Assembly (NCBI GenBank): GCA_051306005.1
Contig: JBPPMJ010000006.1
Span: forward strand, 91,296 to 155,295
DNA from: Minisyncoccota bacterium
GTDB lineage: Bacteria; Patescibacteriota; Minisyncoccia; Moranbacterales; UBA1568
DNA: 64,000 nucleotides
Direction: 5' to 3'
Positions 59,525 to 64,000 of this stretch are shown here, piece after piece; position 1 is the stretch's first letter; every line of letters starts with the position of its first letter. Both the position numbers and the translations under genes were made by a program. Below the pieces are notes generated by a model that saw only the letters and a program-made list of their open reading frames with translations, had not been told where the DNA came from and searched no databases.

Positions 59525-60622
59525 TTACTTATTCTTTTCTATTGACTGCTTTTCCATTCTTCGGCGCATATCCTCTTCTTCTAGGGCCTGAATGATAGAT
59601 TCAAAATTGCCATTCAGAACGGAAGGAATATTGCTCCATGACATTTTGATACGATGATCGGTAATACGATCCTGCGGAAAATTGTAGGTACGGATTTTTT
59701 CACTGCGATCACCGGTACCAATTTGACTTTTGCGTGCGTCACTCATTTCTTTGATGTGTTGTTCCTCCTGTAATTGATAGAGGCGGGAACGTAAAACCTT
59801 GAGTGCCTTTTCTTTGTTCTTGAGTTGAGATTTTTCATCTTGGCAGGATACTACGAGGCCACTCGGTATATGAGTGATGCGGACGGCACTATATGTTGTA
59901 TTGACGGATTGTCCGCCAGGACCAGATGAACAAAACGTATCAATACGGAGATCATTTGGATTGATGGTGATTTCTACTTCTTCTACTTGGGGCAAGACGA
60001 CAACAGTTGCGGTGGATGTATGAATGCGTCCTGCCTTTTCAGTTTCTGGCACACGTTGAACACGATGTACGCCAGATTCATATTTCATTTTTTGATATAC
60101 AGGCACATCACTATTGCCTTGGTTTATTTCAAACACCACTTCCTTAAATCCACCGACTTCTGTTTGATTGGAATGAAGCATGACAACTTTCCACCCATGT
60201 TGTTCTGCATAGTGCGTATACATACGAAACAGTTCAGTTGCAAAAAGACTGGATTCGTCGCCACCGGCACCACCACGAATTTCTACAATGACATCCTTAC
60301 GGTCGCTCGGATCTTTTGGTAAGAGCAAATGTTTCAAGGTTATTTCGATTGCATTTTTTTCTTTCGCAAGAGTGACATTTTCTTCCATGGCCAGAGATTG
60401 CAATTCAGGGTCGATAGTGTCACTTTGCATCATTTCGGCATTGTCTCGCATATTTTTCTCTAAAGTACGCAAATGCGCAATATGGCTCATCAATACATCA
60501 ATTTCGGCATTACGTTTACCAAGGATGATAAACTGTTTTGGATTTTTGGCTATTTGTGGATCGCTCAAAAGAGCATTGATTTCTGCTTTTTCGCGTTCAA
60601 TATCCTGGAAAATGTCTTGCAT
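59525..60622 (-). CDS. prfA: Peptide chain release factor 1
   Basis: GGQ motif ([12 protein letters not shown]). RF1-type anticodon loop [17 protein letters not shown], where the PxT tripeptide reads P-E-T. 365 aa with no frameshift. Confidence 0.9.
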   Translation of the reverse strand: MQDIFQDIEREKAEINALLSDPQIAKNPKQFIILGKRNAEIDVLMSHIAHLRTLEKNMRDNAEMMQSDTIDPELQSLAMEENVTLAKEKNAIEITLKHLLLPKDPSDRKDVIVEIRGGAGGDESSLFATELFRMYTHYAEQHGWKVVMLHSNQTEVGGFKEVVFEINQGNSDVPVYQKMKYESGVHRVQRVPETEKAGRIHTSTATVVVLPQVEEVEITINPNDLRIDTFCSSGPGGQSVNTTYSAVRITHIPSGLVVSCQDEKSQLKNKEKALKVLRSRLYQLQEEQHIKEMSDARKSQIGTGDRSEKIRTYNFPQDRITDHRIKMSWSNIPSVLNGNFESIIQALEEEDMRRRMEKQSIEKNK

Positions 60623-60775
60623 AGTTGTGAGAAGCGAGAAGTGAGGGACTTGAAATATATTGACAAAAACCCCCCGATTGGAAGAGGCGGGATTGAAAGA
60701 TGTTTTTCGGAAAGGGGATAAATAGAATGGATGGAGAGTATGCGATACGGAGAAAACACCTTTATCACACCATCG

Positions 60776-61069
60776 CTAAGAAATAGGCACTTCCTGTTCT
60801 TGAGTTTGAGGGACATTTTTGGTTTTTTTGGTACGGGAAACCTTGAGCCGTGCCACTTGTTTCGCCGAAGCTTTTTCGGTTAGTTTCTTGAAACGATCAA
60901 CGCGTCCGGTTGTATCAATAATCTTTTTTTTGCCGGTATAGAATGGGTGACACTGGGAACAAATTTCCGTATGCATGGTTTCAACCGTAGAGCCCGTCGA
61001 AAGTACTGCGCCACAGGAGCAGGTAATGGTTGCTGTATTGAAATAGGTTGGATGGATACCTGGTTTCAT
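60776..61069 (-). CDS. rpmE: 50S ribosomal protein L31 (zinc-binding type) with a C-terminal extension
   Basis: MKPGIHPTY...CSCG...CSQCHPFYTG is canonical L31. About 30 extra C-terminal residues. Confidence 0.9.
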   Translation of the reverse strand: MKPGIHPTYFNTATITCSCGAVLSTGSTVETMHTEICSQCHPFYTGKKKIIDTTGRVDRFKKLTEKASAKQVARLKVSRTKKTKNVPQTQEQEVPIS

Positions 61070-61383
61070 AAAAATAAATAGACAAAAATAACGTAGCGAT
61101 AGTCTAGCATGAGATGATTAATTTTGCAAGATATTTGATATCCCATGATAAAAGCATGCTACTGATGGCGAATGAAAAATACAAAAAATTGCGTCACTTG
61201 CCAAAACTCAGTTCTTTTGCTAAAATCTCTGCACACCTTATCCAGACTTTTTTAGAATCATACAAAGAAGGCATGGGGGATCATACATATTTTCCTGGTA
61301 AGCCTGTTCCTGGCCTGTGAAAACAGCGCATTCAGGGCTTTTATAAGGGAAAATAGAAGATAATTTTTTGAAGGAAGAATATT

Positions 61384-62205
61384 ATGTCAGAAGAAGTTAT
61401 TGAAAGTGAGACGCAGACAGCAACGGCATCAGTGAAGCATTTAATAGGAAGCGGGGATTATTTTGCCGATTTTGACTTCTCAACACTCGATACGAGTCTT
61501 GAAGGTTTGTTGAAAGCGGGGGTGCACTTCGGGCATATCAAATCTCGCCGTCATCCGAAAATGGATGAGTATATTTATACGACACGCAAGAATGTGAATA
61601 TTTTTGATCTTTCAAAAACATCTCAGAAACTTGATGAAGCCTCAGCTTTTTTAGCCAGTGTTATCAAGGTAGGTAAGCCAGTATTGTTTGTAGGAATGAA
61701 AAAGCAGACACAGGACACGGTACGCTCTCTGGCGAATCGTCTTGGTGAGTCATATGTGATTGATCGTTGGCTCGGCGGAACACTCACCAACTTTTCTTGC
61801 ATCCGTTCTCGTGCGCGTTATTTGAATGAGACAAATGAAAAAATGAAACAAGGTGAGTTCAAGAAATATACGAAATTTGAACAAGCAAAGAAGAAAGAAG
61901 AAATTGACAGACTAGAAAAAAAGGTAGGAGGTATCAAGCATATGGAACAGTTACCTGGTGCCATTGTTATTGCTGATGTCAAAGAGGCGAGTTTGGTCAT
62001 TCATGAAGCTCAAAAAATGAACATCCCGATCATCGGTATTACGGATACGAATACCGATCCGCGTTTTGTGGATTATCCCATTCCAGGAAACGATGATGCA
62101 TTGTCAGCATTGCGCTTATTGTTGGGCGCATTGGGTAAAACGATTTTGGCTACACAAGTGAACAAGAAAAATGTGGCGGAAGCAGTAAAAGAAACAGTTA
62201 AATAA
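61384..62205 (+). CDS. rpsB: 30S ribosomal protein S2
   Basis: LLKAGVHFGH and ViViDxxKE-like motifs. 273 aa. Confidence 0.95.
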   Translation: MSEEVIESETQTATASVKHLIGSGDYFADFDFSTLDTSLEGLLKAGVHFGHIKSRRHPKMDEYIYTTRKNVNIFDLSKTSQKLDEASAFLASVIKVGKPVLFVGMKKQTQDTVRSLANRLGESYVIDRWLGGTLTNFSCIRSRARYLNETNEKMKQGEFKKYTKFEQAKKKEEIDRLEKKVGGIKHMEQLPGAIVIADVKEASLVIHEAQKMNIPIIGITDTNTDPRFVDYPIPGNDDALSALRLLLGALGKTILATQVNKKNVAEAVKETVK

Positions 62206-62288
62206 AGTAATGTTTTGGCACTGGCGGGCATTATCAGCCCTGTAGATATGGCTGATATGCACGTTGAGTGGCGTGACAAAAGAATCAT

Positions 62289-62876
62289 ATGAGTACCATG
62301 GAACAGATTAAGGCATTGCGAGAAAAAACAGGTGCGGGTATCGTGGATGTTAAAAAAGCCTTTGATGAGGCGAATGGCGATGAAATCAAGGCTTTAGAAC
62401 TTATTCGCAAACGCGGTCAGGATAGAGCACTGAAAAAAAACGATCGTGTTGCCAATGAGGGTATTGTCATTGCTTATGTTCATTCTAATAATCGTGTTGG
62501 TGCGCTTGTACAACTTTTCTGTGAAACGGACTTTGTTGCACGGAATGAAGAATTCCAAACATTGGGTCGTGATATCGCGATGCATATTGTCGCTATGGCT
62601 CCACTTTATATTAAACCAGAAGAGGTATCTGGCACGGATTTAGTGAAAAAAGAACGCGATATTTGGCGTGAGCAACTTATAACTGAAGGAAAAACAGGGG
62701 AGATGTTGGAAAAAATTCTCTCAGGAAAAACGGAGAAGTTTTGCCGCGACAACGCTTTGTTGACCCAGACATTTGTCAAAGATACAAGTAAAACCATTGC
62801 GGAATTGATAAGTGAACAAGTACACAAAATGGGCGAGAATATCTACGTCGGGCATTTTGTGCGTTATGAGATGTAA
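62289..62876 (+). CDS. tsf: Elongation factor Ts
   Basis: IKALREKTGAGIVDVKKAF UBA-like N-terminus. Follows rpsB. Confidence 0.93.
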   Translation: MSTMEQIKALREKTGAGIVDVKKAFDEANGDEIKALELIRKRGQDRALKKNDRVANEGIVIAYVHSNNRVGALVQLFCETDFVARNEEFQTLGRDIAMHIVAMAPLYIKPEEVSGTDLVKKERDIWREQLITEGKTGEMLEKILSGKTEKFCRDNALLTQTFVKDTSKTIAELISEQVHKMGENIYVGHFVRYEM

Positions 62877-62932
62877 AGTGCGTGCGTGGGAGAGAAGAGT
62901 TAATTCGGAGTATCATGATTTTCTAAAGATGC

Positions 62933-63721
62933 ATGTGGTACCTCATTATTCCGCCAATCATCGTTGTTTTTAGTCTCGCTTTCGTCTTGTGGTATCTTTC
63001 TCGCAAAAGTAGCGATCCTTTTGTAGTGGCTAAAACTGTTCAGAAAACCAATGATGCTACTCAGCTGGCAGTGTCATTCCGTGTGCGTAATTTCTTGTTG
63101 TATGTATTGGAAAAAATGATGTATCGTTTCAAGGTATTGTCGCTTCGTATGCATAATGTCTTGAATGTTTGGATACAGTCGTTGAAAACGAAGCGTGGCA
63201 ATACTCTTTCCGTAGAGAAAGAAGTATTATCGCAGGATACCAATGAGGCAGTGTCATTTCGTACAGTACATTTTGAATCACAAAAGAACAATGAGCATAT
63301 AACTGAAACATCGGATACGTTTAATGCGCAGAGTGTTAGGTCAGAGGCGATGTTACGACAGCGTGAGAAGTCAAATCTGCCTGCATATTTTTCTGGACAG
63401 ACCCTCTCACGTTCCAAGAAACATCAGGGGAGGGAGAATGAATCTACCATCCGTCCAATGATCAGTGAAAAAGTGACTCATCCGGAAATATCCCTCACAC
63501 AACAACGTGTATCCAAGCAACATTTACAGGAAGATGATCTGATTGCACGCATTGCTATCAATCCCAAAGATTTGACGGCGTATGAGAGTTTAGGTGATTA
63601 TTATTTTGAGCAGGGCAATATTAAGGACGCCAAAGAATGTTACCGTCAAGTTTTAAAACTTTCCCCAGTGCATCGCGTTGTCAAAATAAAAATACGTCGC
63701 ATCGAGAGATTATTGTCATAA
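62933..63721 (+). CDS. Hypothetical membrane-anchored protein with a C-terminal TPR-like motif
   Basis: N-terminal TM helix. C-terminal LGDYYFEQGNIKDAKECYRQVLKLSP resembles a TPR repeat. Confidence 0.5.
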   Translation: MWYLIIPPIIVVFSLAFVLWYLSRKSSDPFVVAKTVQKTNDATQLAVSFRVRNFLLYVLEKMMYRFKVLSLRMHNVLNVWIQSLKTKRGNTLSVEKEVLSQDTNEAVSFRTVHFESQKNNEHITETSDTFNAQSVRSEAMLRQREKSNLPAYFSGQTLSRSKKHQGRENESTIRPMISEKVTHPEISLTQQRVSKQHLQEDDLIARIAINPKDLTAYESLGDYYFEQGNIKDAKECYRQVLKLSPVHRVVKIKIRRIERLLS

Positions 63722-63750
63722 ACAATAGGCGTTTGTATTGTAATATATAA

Positions 63751-63826
63751 GCCACCCTAGCTCAGTTGGTAGAGCAACGGTTTTGTAAACCGTGGGTCGT
63801 CGGTTCGAGTCCGACGGGTGGCTCCA
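63751..63826 (+). tRNA. tRNA-Thr (anticodon TGT), CCA encoded
   Basis: Cloverleaf with acceptor GCCACCC/GGGTGGC, D-arm AGCTCAGTTGGTAGAGC, anticodon loop TTTGTAA and T-arm GTCGGTTCGAGTCCGAC. Confidence 0.85.
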
Positions 63827-63906
63827 GAAGAACATCAAAAGAAGCAAGTACACGATTTGTTTTTTTTTCATATTTCCATTATACTGTTTTGGTTAGTGAA
63901 AGAAAT

Positions 63907-63989
63907 GGGTAGGTGGTGGAGTGGTCTATCACAGCTGACTGTAAATCAGCCGACTTCGGTCTTCGGGGGTTCGAATCCCTCCCTGCCCA
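63907..63989 (+). tRNA. tRNA-Tyr (anticodon GTA), type II with a long variable arm
   Basis: Acceptor GGGTAGG/CCTGCCC (one G-U pair), anticodon loop CTGTAAA, long variable arm CGACTTCGGTCTTCG, T-loop GGTTCGAATCC. Confidence 0.8.
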
Positions 63990-64000
63990 CAAAAATCAAC

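Noticed and set aside
61114-61320. 68-aa ORF in the rpmE-rpsB divergent intergenic region
   Set aside because: It has no SD and no homology, and is AT-rich. The region is more plausibly the divergent promoter and leader region for rpmE and rpsB.
1-64000. CRISPR arrays, IS elements/transposases, integrases, rRNA genes
   Set aside because: No arrays of regularly spaced direct repeats were seen. No transposase, integrase or recombinase-like ORFs were seen. No rRNA-like conserved stretches were seen.

Overview
This is a dense, low-GC (~40%) bacterial chromosomal window, almost entirely coding, with no rRNA, CRISPR array or mobile element detected. Several features point to a reduced-genome CPR/Patescibacteria-like organism: rpsE runs directly into rplO with no L30 gene, several ribosomal proteins carry terminal extensions, ComEC is present, and there are many envelope glycosyltransferases. 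This lineage assignment is an inference.

TGA is used as a stop codon in ATGA start/stop overlaps (adk/map, galT/tpiA, gap/next gene), so the standard code 11 applies, not code 25.

Gene content along the + strand, in order:
- ftsA (3' fragment at the window edge), ftsZ, nrdR, a ComEC split into a channel-domain ORF and a separate MBL-domain ORF, and a long ndk variant.
- rpmB (L28) on the - strand, convergent with ndk across a bidirectional terminator; it is 57 aa and absent from the ORF track.
- An M50-family protease, then a contiguous str-S10-spc superoperon: rpsL, rpsG, fusA, tuf, rpsJ, rplC, rplD, rplW, rplB, rpsS, rplV, rpsC, rplP, rpmC, rpsQ, rplN, rplX, rplE, rpsN (type Z), rpsH, rplF, rplR, rpsE, rplO, secY, adk, map.
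- ruvX, a GT2 glycosyltransferase, a GalT-family gene, the glycolytic trio tpiA-fba-gap, a coiled-coil hypothetical and an amidohydrolase.
- murD, trxB, murA, mreB, two GT4 glycosyltransferases, holB and an FtsQ-like gene.
- Two tandem PMT/ArnT-type GT-C mannosyltransferase-like genes on the - strand.

The most unusual locus is 44.9-53.0 kb. A four-gene + strand operon has its own extended -10 promoter. It encodes a 783-aa protein with glycine-zipper hydrophobic segments, two small acidic proteins, and a membrane-anchored VirD4/TraG-like coupling-type ATPase with a large extra N-terminal domain. A convergent 793-aa single-pass membrane protein follows. No other type IV secretion components are present. 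This is a candidate novel secretion or contact-dependent system.

Downstream lie a wHTH protein, rmuC, a WecA/MraY-family transferase and DUF192. Next is a highly expressed-looking 50-aa lysine-rich (KKP/KKV) histone-H1-like protein containing a perfect 26-nt internal direct repeat. The window ends with prmC-prfA and rpmE on the - strand, rpsB-tsf, a TPR protein, tRNA-Thr(TGT) and tRNA-Tyr(GTA).

Several ORF-track starts use TTG/GTG; where a nearby in-frame ATG with better context exists, I report that start instead.
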